32,000 bases of DNA, taken from the NCBI RefSeq assembly GCF_000010065.1, contig NC_006576.1, forward strand, positions 810,001 through 842,000. Reading direction: 5' to 3'. Shown here in pieces: positions 16,480 to 25,159 of the stretch. Each line of letters begins with the position of its first letter. Position 1 is the stretch's first letter. Source of the stretch: Synechococcus elongatus PCC 6301. GTDB lineage: Bacteria; Cyanobacteriota; Cyanobacteriia; Synechococcales; Synechococcaceae. The notes under the pieces are model-generated. The model worked only from the letters and a program-made list of their open reading frames with translations. It searched no databases and was not told where the DNA came from. The position numbers and the translations under genes were made by a program.

Positions 16480-18342
16480 GTGGCTATGGCCGATCGCATT
16501 CTTTACGTCCGTCTTCCCTGCAATCCGATCTTCCCGATCGGCGTGGTCTATCTCGCGGATCACGTCCACAAGCAGTTTCCGGCGATCGAGCAGCAGATCT
16601 TTGACCTCGGAACGGTGCCGCCGCTGGACTATAAACCCGCGCTCGATCGGGCGATCGACCAGTTCCAACCGACGCTGCTGGTCTTCTCCTGGCGAGATAT
16701 TCAGATCTACGCACCGGTGGGCGGTCGTGGTGGGAATCCACTCCAAAACTCGTTTGAGTTCTACTACGGTCGTAATCCGCTGATTCGGCTGCGGGGTGCT
16801 CTCGGGGGCTTCCAAGTCGTCAGCGCCTACTACACGGAACTTTGGCGCAATCTCGGGCTGATTAAACGGGCGCAGAAACGCGCTCAGCGCTACTGTCCGG
16901 AGGTGCGGACGGTCGTCGGTGGTGGTGCGGTCAGTGTCTTCTACGAGCAGCTTGGCGACAAACTCGCTAAGGGCACAATCGTTTCGGTCGGCGAAGGCGA
17001 AACCCTGCTGGAAAAACTGCTGCGGGGCGAATCGATTGCTAATGAACGCTGCTACGTGGCCGGTGCCGAAAAACCGCGATCGCGACTGATCCACGAGCAA
17101 CCGACGCCGCTAATTAAAACGGCCTGCAACTACGACTACATCGAGTCGATTTGGCCAGCATTTGGTTACTACTTGGCGGACGGCGACTTTTACATCGGCG
17201 TTCAGACCAAACGTGGCTGCCCCCATAACTGTTGTTACTGCGTCTATACGGTTGTCGAAGGCAAGCAAGTTCGCGTCAATCCGGCTGCGGAAGTCGTGGC
17301 GGAAATGCGCCAGCTCTACGATCGCGGCGTGCGCAACTTCTGGTTTACGGATGCGCAATTCATTCCAGCACGCCGCTACATCGAAGATGCCAAAGTACTC
17401 CTGCGTGAAATTCTAGCGGCAGGTCTAACCGATATTCACTGGGCGGCCTACATCCGCGCCGACAATCTCGACCCTGAGCTGGCCGAGCTGATGGTGCAAA
17501 CCGGCATGAACTACTTCGAGATTGGCATCACCAGCGGGTCACAAGAACTCGTTCGCAAAATGCGGATGGGCTATAACTTGCGCACCGTTTTGGAAAATTG
17601 CCGAGCGCTGAAGGCGGCTGGTTTCAACGATTTAGTGTCGGTCAACTACTCGTTCAATGTCATTGATGAGCGAGAGGAAACGATTCGCCAAACGATCGCC
17701 TATCACCGCGAATTAGAGGCGATTTTTGGGGCAGACAAAGTTGAACCTGCGATCTTTTTCATCGGCCTCCAACCGCACACTCATCTTGAAGATTACGCCT
17801 TTGAGCAAGGGGTGCTGAAGCGGGATTACAACCCGATGAGCATGATGCCTTGGACAGCGAAAAAGCTGCTCTGGAATCCGGAACCCATGGGCTCATTCTT
17901 TGGTGAAGTCTGTCTCGAAGCCTTCCAGCGCAATCCCTACGACTTTGGTCGCGAGGTGATGCAGTTGCTGGAGAACCGACTGGGGCGATCGCCTCTGGCA
18001 GAAGCTTTTACCCCTCCAGTCCCGGAGTCTGCGCCGCGATCGCTGGCTTCTGTGTCTTACCAATCGTGGGTCAGCGCATTCTTGGGCTCGATCCGGGGTT
18101 GGCGATCGTGGGGTTCGGAGCGCTGCTCTGCCCTGACTCACGCCAAGGCAGTCTGGAACTACTGGACTTCGGCGTCATTTCAACGCCGGCTGGCGCAGAG
18201 ATTGGCGATCGCCTCGAAACGATCTATCAGGATCTGCATCAGCTCATTGATCTGGTGCAGCCGGATGCAGTCGCCGTCGAAAAGCTGTTCTTCTACCGCA
18301 TGGGCAACACGATCGCGGTTGCACAAGCCCGAGGAGTGCTGA
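16480..18342 (+). CDS. B12-binding-domain radical SAM protein (3' end uncertain)
   Basis: GTG 16480 or ATG 16486. N-terminal B12-binding-like domain ([21 protein letters not shown]). Radical SAM cluster motif GCPHNCCYC (Cx3Cx2C). The last ~90 codons overlap ruvC out of frame and are W/C/S/R-rich, so the true end may be earlier or altered. Confidence 0.75.
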
Positions 18343-18551
18343 TGTTGGTTTTACGGCAGCGCCGCTTGCCTTACTGTGAGTTCACGCCAGCCCAGGTCAA
18401 ACAAGCCCTTACGGGTTATGGTAATGCCCCCAAGTTAGCCGTCCAACAAGCGGTTCAACGGGAATTACAGCTAGACGCAATTCCGCGTCCTGATGACGCG
18501 GCCGATGCCGTGGCGCTCGCCTTGACCGCTTGGTTTCAGCAACTGGCCTAG
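18066..18551 (+). CDS. ruvC: crossover junction endodeoxyribonuclease RuvC
   Basis: 161 aa, GTG start. RILGLDPGL (catalytic Asp), AVEKLFF (Glu), [12 protein letters not shown] (Asp pair). Confidence 0.9.
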
Positions 18552-18599
18552 TTTTGCTTGGCAATGCTGACGCCAGAGCCACAAACCCCTGCTGATGCT

Positions 18600-18860
18600 C
18601 TAAGCCACGCCAACTTGCAGCGGCACACTCATCGCTTCCAGTCCCCACTCCGCTTCAGTCAGCGGCAAGACAGAGGGGCTTTTGTGGACCAGCGCCGCAG
18701 CCGGCTCTGAAAATAGTTGACTACTAGAGCGGCGGGCTGGCCAGTCGCTGCCAACGGTGACGTGCAGAAGTTGACATTCGCCGGCCCAGCGACGGTCAGC
18801 TGAGTAGAACTGGCAGTACCGACAGGTTATGGGGAAGGGGGCCATTGCGATCGCACTCAC
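18600..18860 (-). CDS. hypothetical small Cys-containing protein
   Basis: 86 aa (GTG at 18860, or ATG five codons in). CRYCQFY...GECQLL pattern. Coding status rests only on ORF length and position. Confidence 0.45.
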   Translation of the reverse strand: MSAIAMAPFPITCRYCQFYSADRRWAGECQLLHVTVGSDWPARRSSSQLFSEPAAALVHKSPSVLPLTEAEWGLEAMSVPLQVGVA

Positions 18861-19149
18861 GAATCACGAGCCTATGATCCCAAAGTCATTCTTAACTTTC
18901 AGGGGGACTGAACGCCCTAAACATGAATAGCCGTCAGTGTTTAGACGGATTATTTTCTGAGAAACAGCTTAAGAATCTTTTCGTGAATTTGTTACATCTG
19001 GAAATTTATCTGGTGGCAATTTAGACGTAAACAACAGAGTTTTGAGGACTTTAAGGTCGGGGATCAAGAAAAACAGAGCAGAACAGGTAAATGAGTGACC
19101 TGTTACTAGGGCCAGCTCTCGGGAGCGCAGAATTAAAATTCTGAGAATT

Positions 19150-19695
19150 CTAGCCCGTGGGGGACGACCACTGTTGGCGAATGCAGAGTGCACAGCAGCG
19201 CCAGCGTTGCAATTCTCCCGGTGGGGTGGGAATGCCACAGCGTGGACAGCGTGGTAAGCGACGGCTGAGGTCTCGGCGTCGCTGCAGTGGATCACTGGCG
19301 ATCGCTGGGTTCAGCGTCTCGCCCCAGCGGCAGGGATGAGCTTGCCAGGATTGCCGCTGGCGATCGGATTCGAGGGGGGCCGTCACTGTGCGGCGATCAC
19401 GATAGGCCGTTGAAAAGCGGATGTCCTTAATTTCCTGCGGTTTAATCTTCAATTCCTGACGCAGGCGCTGCAGCAGCCGGAGGCGTTCAAAGCTGAGGGT
19501 TTGAGCCCAAGCCCCTGAACTCACGGCAACTTGCAGGGTTTGCCGCTGAATTGCGACAGGTTCAGCTTGTGCAGCGATCGCCGGCCCCACCAGACCAGAC
19601 CAGCGCTGTTGAATTTGGCGCAGGGTGCGATCTTGCTGCCAGCGCGGATCTTGCTGTAACTGCCGGAGCAGCTGTTCGAGCGATCGGGGTTGCAT
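19150..19695 (-). CDS. DUF721 (DciA-like) protein with C-terminal zinc ribbon
   Basis: 181 aa. W..LVG..IA....P..I....L.V.V.S..WAQ.L.F....LL..L pattern of DUF721. C-terminal CPRCG...CCALC. Confidence 0.7.
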   Translation of the reverse strand: MQPRSLEQLLRQLQQDPRWQQDRTLRQIQQRWSGLVGPAIAAQAEPVAIQRQTLQVAVSSGAWAQTLSFERLRLLQRLRQELKIKPQEIKDIRFSTAYRDRRTVTAPLESDRQRQSWQAHPCRWGETLNPAIASDPLQRRRDLSRRLPRCPRCGIPTPPGELQRWRCCALCIRQQWSSPTG

Positions 19696-19822
19696 GACCA
19701 GACCTTACGCCAGAGAAAACCAACAAGGACTCAGTGTGAAAACAGCCATTCACAGCAACAAGCGGTTGGCGTTGGCTGCTCAGCCGCTACACTAACGAGC
19801 GCGTTGGCTCTCTCTAATTGTT

Positions 19823-20434
19823 ATGCCTTCTTCATTGCCCGAGCCAGTTCAGCGAATCCTGCAGGGGAGTGATACCAGCCTCGACCAGGAGCTGCGAGAC
19901 TTCCAAGCTTGGAGCCAAGCCAACCCAGATTGGGACAAAGTTGTAACGCCCATAACGCCGCCGCCTCAGCAGGAATTTGACTCTACAGAAGCCTTGTTTG
20001 CGGCCAGTCATCAGGGCTGGCGACGCTTGCTGCCCGTCGATCGCACACCCCTCTATGCCGTCTCAGTGGTCGCCACAGTGCTGGTGCTTGCAGTCGCCCT
20101 TGGCAGTCAACTGGTGAAGCGATCGCCGACGCCCGCTCCCTCCCCTAGCGTCGCCTTCCAAGGACCCGATCTCAGCCAGCGCGAATTTGCCGATCTCAGT
20201 CTCGATCGCCTCAGCCAAATTAATCCTGAAGGCCGCGATCGCCCCCGCTTTCAGCTGTTCGTTCAGGCAAGCCCCGGTCAAGACCTTACCCAACTAGCCG
20301 CACTCATCCCCGGTTCGGAAGTGCAAGGCGATCGCCTCTTGGTGGGCGAATTTCGCGATCGCCAAGCGGCTACCGCGCGTCAACAGCAGTTTCGGCAGCA
20401 GGGCTATAGCACCGAGCTCAAGACAGCACCCTAA
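19823..20434 (+). CDS. hypothetical single-pass membrane protein with possible C-terminal SPOR-like domain
   Basis: 203 aa. TM segment LYAVSVVATVLVLAVALGSQLV. The C-terminus FQLFVQAS...LLVGEFRDRQAATARQQQFRQQGY resembles the SPOR Y.VQ.G.F....A......L...G pattern. Confidence 0.6.
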   Translation: MPSSLPEPVQRILQGSDTSLDQELRDFQAWSQANPDWDKVVTPITPPPQQEFDSTEALFAASHQGWRRLLPVDRTPLYAVSVVATVLVLAVALGSQLVKRSPTPAPSPSVAFQGPDLSQREFADLSLDRLSQINPEGRDRPRFQLFVQASPGQDLTQLAALIPGSEVQGDRLLVGEFRDRQAATARQQQFRQQGYSTELKTAP

Positions 20435-20636
20435 ATTGGGCCTCAGCAAGCGGAGTCTGACCCAGCCAGCAAGGACGGAAATCCGGTCTTTTGCTCACCC
20501 TAGGACTTGACCGTCAGCCAGATCCTCCTTGCTACACTGAATCTCAGCGCCAACCGCAGCGTCTTTTCCCAAGCTTTGGGATATTAGCCCCAGCCTTGAG
20601 AGTGGGGCGCGTCAACGCGAATAGGAAGTTTGCGTC

Positions 20637-21410
20637 ATGGGACTTTTCGACCGCATCAGCCGTGTTGTCCGAGCCAACATGAATGACATGGTCAGCAAGG
20701 CTGAGGATCCTGAAAAGATTCTCGAGCAAGCCTTGATGGACATGCAGGAGGATCTGATTCAACTGCGGCAAGCCGTCGCGACCGCGATCGCAGGTCAAAA
20801 GCGCATCGAGCAGCAGATGAATCAAGCACAGACCCAAGCCGCCAGCTGGCAGCAGCGCGCTCAACTCGCTCTGCAAAAAGGCCAAGAAGATCTGGCGCGT
20901 CAAGCGCTGAGCCGCAAGAAAACCTTCAATGAAACGGCCGTTGCCCTGAAGACTCAGCTGGATCAACAGGCTGGACAAGTCGACACCCTCAAGCGCAACT
21001 TGGTAGCGCTCGAAGGCAAAATTGCCGAGGCCAAAACCAAGAAAGACATGCTCAAGGCGCGGGCTCAAGCGGCCAAGGCCCAAGAGCAACTGCAAAGTGC
21101 TGTTGGTCGCCTGAGCACCAATACCTCCATGGCTGCTTTTGAGCGGATGGAAGAGAAAGTTCTGAGCATGGAGGCGAAAGCTCAAGCCTCGGCTGAACTA
21201 GCAGGCACCGACCTCGAAAGTCAGTTTGTATCGCTGGAAGCAGGCGGCGATGTGGAAGATGAACTCGCAGCAATGAAAGCCCAACTGGCGGGTGCACCCA
21301 CAGCGACTACGGCATTGCCCCCGGGTGCCGCAACTCCCGTCAGCGTTTCTCAGCCCAGCACAGTTGATGCAGAACTAGAAGCCCTGAAGCGCGAACTCGA
21401 CGGACTCTAG
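20637..21410 (+). CDS. vipp1: Vipp1 / IM30 (PspA family with Vipp1-specific C-terminal extension)
   Basis: 257 aa. N-terminal amphipathic helix MGLFDRISRVVRANMNDMVSKAEDPEKILEQ. Coiled-coil body. P/A/T-rich linker followed by the terminal helix VDAELEALKRELDGL. Confidence 0.9.
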   Translation: MGLFDRISRVVRANMNDMVSKAEDPEKILEQALMDMQEDLIQLRQAVATAIAGQKRIEQQMNQAQTQAASWQQRAQLALQKGQEDLARQALSRKKTFNETAVALKTQLDQQAGQVDTLKRNLVALEGKIAEAKTKKDMLKARAQAAKAQEQLQSAVGRLSTNTSMAAFERMEEKVLSMEAKAQASAELAGTDLESQFVSLEAGGDVEDELAAMKAQLAGAPTATTALPPGAATPVSVSQPSTVDAELEALKRELDGL

Positions 21411-21441
21411 AGCATTCTTCCAAACTGCATACTCTGCAACT

Positions 21442-21477
21442 TCAGCAATGGGTCTTTGGGTCGGTTGCTGATTTTTT
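21442..21477 (+). terminator. candidate intrinsic terminator after vipp1
   Basis: TCAGCAA-(16 nt)-TTGCTGA followed by TTTTTT, 32 nt after the vipp1 stop. Confidence 0.5.
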
Positions 21478-21608
21478 ATGCTGTAGCACTACCGCGATCG
21501 CCTCAATTTTCACGAGTATTTACAAGCAAGCACCGCAGTGTGCCATGCTATGGAGCAGTTTTTTAACTCTGCCTCACTCCACGGCGTCTCCTATCGGAGG
21601 TTTGCACA

Positions 21609-22277
21609 ATGGCACTATTCGATCGCATTGGCGGAGCAGAAGATCCTAGACAAGCCATTGAGAATGCTTTCGCAGATATACAGAAAGCACTAATTCAACT
21701 CCGGCAAGCAGTGGCTACAGCAAACGTAGGCAAGCAGCGCCTTGAACTGCAAATAGCAGAGGTACAGTCGCAGGCTAATATTTGGGGACAGCACATACAG
21801 CGTGCTACACAGCATGGGCAGCAAGACTCGGTGCGACGCGCTGAGCAAGAGATGCAATCCTGCAACATAACAGTGTTGAGGTTGAAGAGACAGTTAACTC
21901 AGCAAACTGAGCATATTGCAACACTCAACCGCAGCTTAGTAGACGCTGAAAGGCAAGTCGCCACGGCTAGGGCTCAGACAAACATGTTGAAGGCGCAGGC
22001 AGATATCGCTGCTGCTCAATCGTGCCTGCAAGGTTCGGTGAGTCGTCTCAGCAACAATACTTCCATGGCTGCTTTTGAGCGCATGGAGGAAGAAATTCTA
22101 GGCCCGCAGGCCAGTGCCGACTTAGCTGCCACTGATTGCACAAGTCAATTTCAAGCTCTCGTCAACGCTGATGACATAGATTGGAGTCCTGACTCTCAGT
22201 CATTAATTCAGCGGGTTGAGATTGAAGTGATCGATTCTGAATTAGCAGTCTTGAAGCGCGAACTGGACTCGCTTTAG
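21609..22277 (+). CDS. divergent PspA/IM30-family paralogue (Vipp1-derived)
   Basis: 222 aa. GGAGG sits 8 nt upstream of the ATG. Roughly 40% identity by eye to the upstream Vipp1. Shared blocks: LIQLRQAVATA, NTSMAAFERMEE, and the C-terminal L.VLKRELDSL. Confidence 0.85.
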   Translation: MALFDRIGGAEDPRQAIENAFADIQKALIQLRQAVATANVGKQRLELQIAEVQSQANIWGQHIQRATQHGQQDSVRRAEQEMQSCNITVLRLKRQLTQQTEHIATLNRSLVDAERQVATARAQTNMLKAQADIAAAQSCLQGSVSRLSNNTSMAAFERMEEEILGPQASADLAATDCTSQFQALVNADDIDWSPDSQSLIQRVEIEVIDSELAVLKRELDSL

Positions 22278-22373
22278 GCTTACGCTGAGCGATCGCAACT
22301 GACCTGCCGCCCAGCACACGGGGCGATCGCGCCACACTGGGAAAGAACTTGATTCACTTTTTTCCCAGGACAG

Positions 22374-23615
22374 TTGCCCATGCTGGTTAAAACCTCAGAG
22401 TCGCGCTGGCTCGTGCCTTTCCAACGCCGGCAGCGACAATGCTCTTTGGTGGCAGCGGGCGTTTCTTCCATTGGATCCTTCGCTGGAATCATCGCCAAAG
22501 GCTGGCTAATTCAAGACATGACCCAGCAGCCACTCTTGCTGGCCGTCAATTTTGCTTGCCTCAGCCTACCGGCAGTCTTCCTTTCACCCCATGCAGGCAC
22601 GCTCACCGATCGCATTGGGTCCGAATCCGTCCTCAAGCGATCGCAGTACTTTTTGCTGATTGGGGCCATTTTTTCCGCGATCGGCTACGTCCTTTGCAAT
22701 GGCTGGGTTGCTGGGCAAGTAACAGCGCTGATCGGCGGCACGCTAATCGTTGGTATTGCCAGCGCCTACGAGCTGACTTCGCGCCTGAAATATGTCGGCC
22801 TCATTGTTCCAGAAGCAACCTTGGCAGGCTATCTGGCCCAGTTCTCCGTCATCTTCAATGTCGCCAAGCTGATCGGTCCACCAGTGGGGGGGTTCGCTTT
22901 GACCTTCCTCCACCCTTCTTGGGTCTTGAGCCTGGACGCTCTCAGCTACCTGGTGCCAATCGCCGTCGTCAACCTTGTGATGCAACCGCGATCGCTGACA
23001 GCAGCCGAGCAGCCGCAGCATCGCCTGACTATGACCCAAGCTTGGCAGGGCATCACCCCACAACTACGCAGCATCACACTGTTTGCAGGCGTGGCATCCG
23101 TAATCGGCTTTTTCCATCCTGCGATCGTGCCAGTGCTGGCGAAGGCCTACATCGGCCCCGATCCGCTCTCCTTGGGGTGGCTGACGGCCAGCATTGCGAT
23201 CGGCAGCATCACCGCCGGTCTACTGCAACAGCGCTTCAGCGAATCGGTTATCGGTCGGCCTCGCCAAATGCTGATTCTGGCAACCGGCGTGACAGCGATC
23301 GCGCAGGTCGGCTTTGCCCTCCAGCCCAACGCAGGCATAGCTCTCTTCCTAGCCGCCTTGATTGGCTTTGGAACGGCTGGTCTGCTGGCAGGAGCCAACA
23401 TCATTGGTCAGGCTCTTGCCCCCCGGGAATATCGCGGGCGCGTCGCGGGTCTGACTCAGATCGCCACCTTGGGGGGGGGCGGTGTCAGCAGTTTGCTAGC
23501 AGGCGGCCTAATTGCACAATTAGGACTACCCCTAGCCATGGGACTGCTCGGGGTAGCGGGGCTGCTTGCAGCACTGGTCTACGGGCGTCAATCTCTGCAG
23601 ACAGCAACCCGCTAA
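22374..23615 (+). CDS. MFS transporter (MFS_3/EntS-like)
   Basis: 413 aa (TTG 22374, or ATG 22380). About 12 TM segments. The loop 2-3 motif GTLTDRIG is in the D-R-x-G-R-R position. The 446-aa ORF 22439..23779 is an R/S/P-rich alternate frame. Confidence 0.8.
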   Translation: MPMLVKTSESRWLVPFQRRQRQCSLVAAGVSSIGSFAGIIAKGWLIQDMTQQPLLLAVNFACLSLPAVFLSPHAGTLTDRIGSESVLKRSQYFLLIGAIFSAIGYVLCNGWVAGQVTALIGGTLIVGIASAYELTSRLKYVGLIVPEATLAGYLAQFSVIFNVAKLIGPPVGGFALTFLHPSWVLSLDALSYLVPIAVVNLVMQPRSLTAAEQPQHRLTMTQAWQGITPQLRSITLFAGVASVIGFFHPAIVPVLAKAYIGPDPLSLGWLTASIAIGSITAGLLQQRFSESVIGRPRQMLILATGVTAIAQVGFALQPNAGIALFLAALIGFGTAGLLAGANIIGQALAPREYRGRVAGLTQIATLGGGGVSSLLAGGLIAQLGLPLAMGLLGVAGLLAALVYGRQSLQTATR

Positions 23616-23658
23616 TCATCCAGCCTTTGACCTGTTCAGGAATTGCGATCGCCCCCCT

Positions 23659-24897
23659 ATGGATGCTGCTCTCGCTGCACGGTTTAACCCTCAAGCTTGG
23701 CCTTTCTCGGCTGATGGTCTGCCAGCTGGGGCTTGCTTGGTGGGTGGTGCTGTTCGAGATGCCTTGTTGGGTCGCCTAAGCGACCCCCTTGATCTGGATT
23801 GGGTGGTGCCCAACGGCGCCGTCGAAACAGCTCGATCCTTGGCCCGGCAGCACCAGGCTGGCTTTGTGCTGCTCGACGCCGATCGCCAGATTGCGCGGGT
23901 TGTCTTTGCCGACATGACCGTTGACTTTGCTCAGCAGGAAGGCGATCGTCTGGAGCAAGATCTGCGGCGGCGCGATTTTACGATCAACGCGATCGCCTAC
24001 GACTGGCAGCGGCAGACTGTCATCGATCCCTTAGGCGGGCAGGCCGACCTTGAGCAAGGGCTGCTGCGCATGGTTGCCCCTGAAAATCTGGTGGACGACC
24101 CGCTGCGTCTGCTTCGCGCCTATCGACAGGCAGCTCAACTCAGTTTCTCGATCGAGCCCGAGACTGCGGCAGCGATCGCTCAGTTAGCGCCACTCCTGCC
24201 ACAGGTGGCTGGGGAACGGATCTGGGCGGAATTACAGCGCTTACTCAACGTGCCGCCCCCCCATCCGGTTTTGGTCGAAGCGATCGCCAGTGGACTACTG
24301 GCCCCTTGGTTCCCTGAGGCAACGCCGGAATGCATGTCCACTCTGGCTGATCATTGGCAACAACTGCAGGCGCAGGCGCCTGAATGGCCGCACTGGTTCA
24401 CCGCGATCGGGCCTGGGGGCAGGCTCAGTCATCTGGCCTATGCCTGGCTAACGCGCTTGCTCCCAAGCGATCGCGATCGGGCATTGGAGTCGCTCTTGGC
24501 GCTCAAAAGTAGTCGAGCCGAGCAGCGATCGCTACTGCAACTCCAGCAGCATTGGCAAGACTGTCAAACCAGCAAAGCAGCCACTACCGCAGGGCAGGTT
24601 GCGCTGTTTCAGACCCTAGGTAAGTTGGTACCCGTGCTGCTCGTCCAGCTCGAAGCTAGTGAGTTGCGCCAAACCTTGCTGCGGCGCTACCAAACGCCCA
24701 ATGACCCGATCGCTCATCTCCAGCCCCTCGTCAGTGGCACCGATCTGCAGGTATCTCTGGGGATTCGCGGTGGACCGCGTCTCGGCCAACTACTGCAGGA
24801 TCTACGGGTTGCCCAAGCGGAGCAACAGTTCTCCGATTCAGCGGGGGCGATCGCCTTTGCCGCGCGTTGGCTTCAAGAGTCTCCTCTTCCTCAATAG
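23659..24897 (+). CDS. cca: CCA tRNA nucleotidyltransferase / poly(A) polymerase head-domain family
   Basis: I prefer the MDAALAARF... start at 23659, after the MFS stop. Motifs LVGGAVRDALLG...DLDWVV and RRDFTINAIA. Confidence 0.8.
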   Translation: MDAALAARFNPQAWPFSADGLPAGACLVGGAVRDALLGRLSDPLDLDWVVPNGAVETARSLARQHQAGFVLLDADRQIARVVFADMTVDFAQQEGDRLEQDLRRRDFTINAIAYDWQRQTVIDPLGGQADLEQGLLRMVAPENLVDDPLRLLRAYRQAAQLSFSIEPETAAAIAQLAPLLPQVAGERIWAELQRLLNVPPPHPVLVEAIASGLLAPWFPEATPECMSTLADHWQQLQAQAPEWPHWFTAIGPGGRLSHLAYAWLTRLLPSDRDRALESLLALKSSRAEQRSLLQLQQHWQDCQTSKAATTAGQVALFQTLGKLVPVLLVQLEASELRQTLLRRYQTPNDPIAHLQPLVSGTDLQVSLGIRGGPRLGQLLQDLRVAQAEQQFSDSAGAIAFAARWLQESPLPQ

Positions 24898-24913
24898 CTT
24901 GCAAATGCCGTGT

Positions 24914-24940
24914 TAGCCTAATCAGTGGCATAGGCTTTTT
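24914..24940 (+). terminator. candidate intrinsic terminator after cca
   Basis: AGCCTA-(10 nt)-TAGGCT followed by TTTTT, 17 nt after the stop. Confidence 0.5.
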
Positions 24941-25159
24941 TACGCAATCTACAGTTCCAGGTGTGCCTGCAAGGCTCTTTGGTTTTCAAGTCCTTCGGGT
25001 GGTTTCCATCCGAGCCGGAGATTGCTACCGGTCTATCGCTTCAGTCTTCCAAGGGCGTCATCCCGCGATTACTCGGAATTTACGTTTCACGTCGAAGACG
25101 GACAGTTTTGCCATGACGGGGTTCCCTTATCCCGTTTGTTGTTTGAGAGGTCAGTGACC

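Noticed and set aside
16300-17100. 266-aa minus-strand ORF antisense to cpcT and the radical SAM gene
   Set aside because: It spans an intergenic gap and two well-supported plus-strand genes. Its R/D/S-rich composition has no domain signature.
18969-19295. 108-aa ORF covering the AT-rich spacer and the 3' end of the DUF721 gene
   Set aside because: It overlaps the zinc-ribbon end of the DUF721 CDS in another frame and has a low-complexity sequence. The open frame is more likely a by-product of AT-rich DNA.
20544-21185. 213-aa minus-strand ORF antisense to vipp1
   Set aside because: It is L/Q/G-rich and is the mirror of a stop-poor coiled-coil gene. It has no motifs, and vipp1 on the plus strand is unambiguous.
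21502-22288. Absence of HIP1 in the Vipp1 paralogue as evidence for horizontal acquisition
   Set aside because: Comparable or longer HIP1-free stretches occur in clearly native genes (about 3320-4420), so this is not statistically meaningful. Only the GC and codon-usage difference is retained, as a weak signal.
22330-22368. 11-bp hairpin CTGGGAAAGAA-(10)-TTTTTTCCCAG just upstream of the MFS start, as terminator or riboregulator
   Set aside because: The T-run forms part of the stem rather than trailing it, and the structure ends about 6-12 nt before the start codon. I cannot distinguish a weak terminator of the upstream gene from a chance hairpin, so it is not listed as a feature.
22439-23779. 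446-aa ORF, the longest alternative frame in the window, overlapping the MFS gene and the start of cca
   Set aside because: The translation is R/S/P/G/A-rich with no TM or domain pattern (RSHWVRIRPQAIAV...). It is a typical GC-rich shadow frame of the convincingly polytopic MFS gene, and it also bridges two separate genes.
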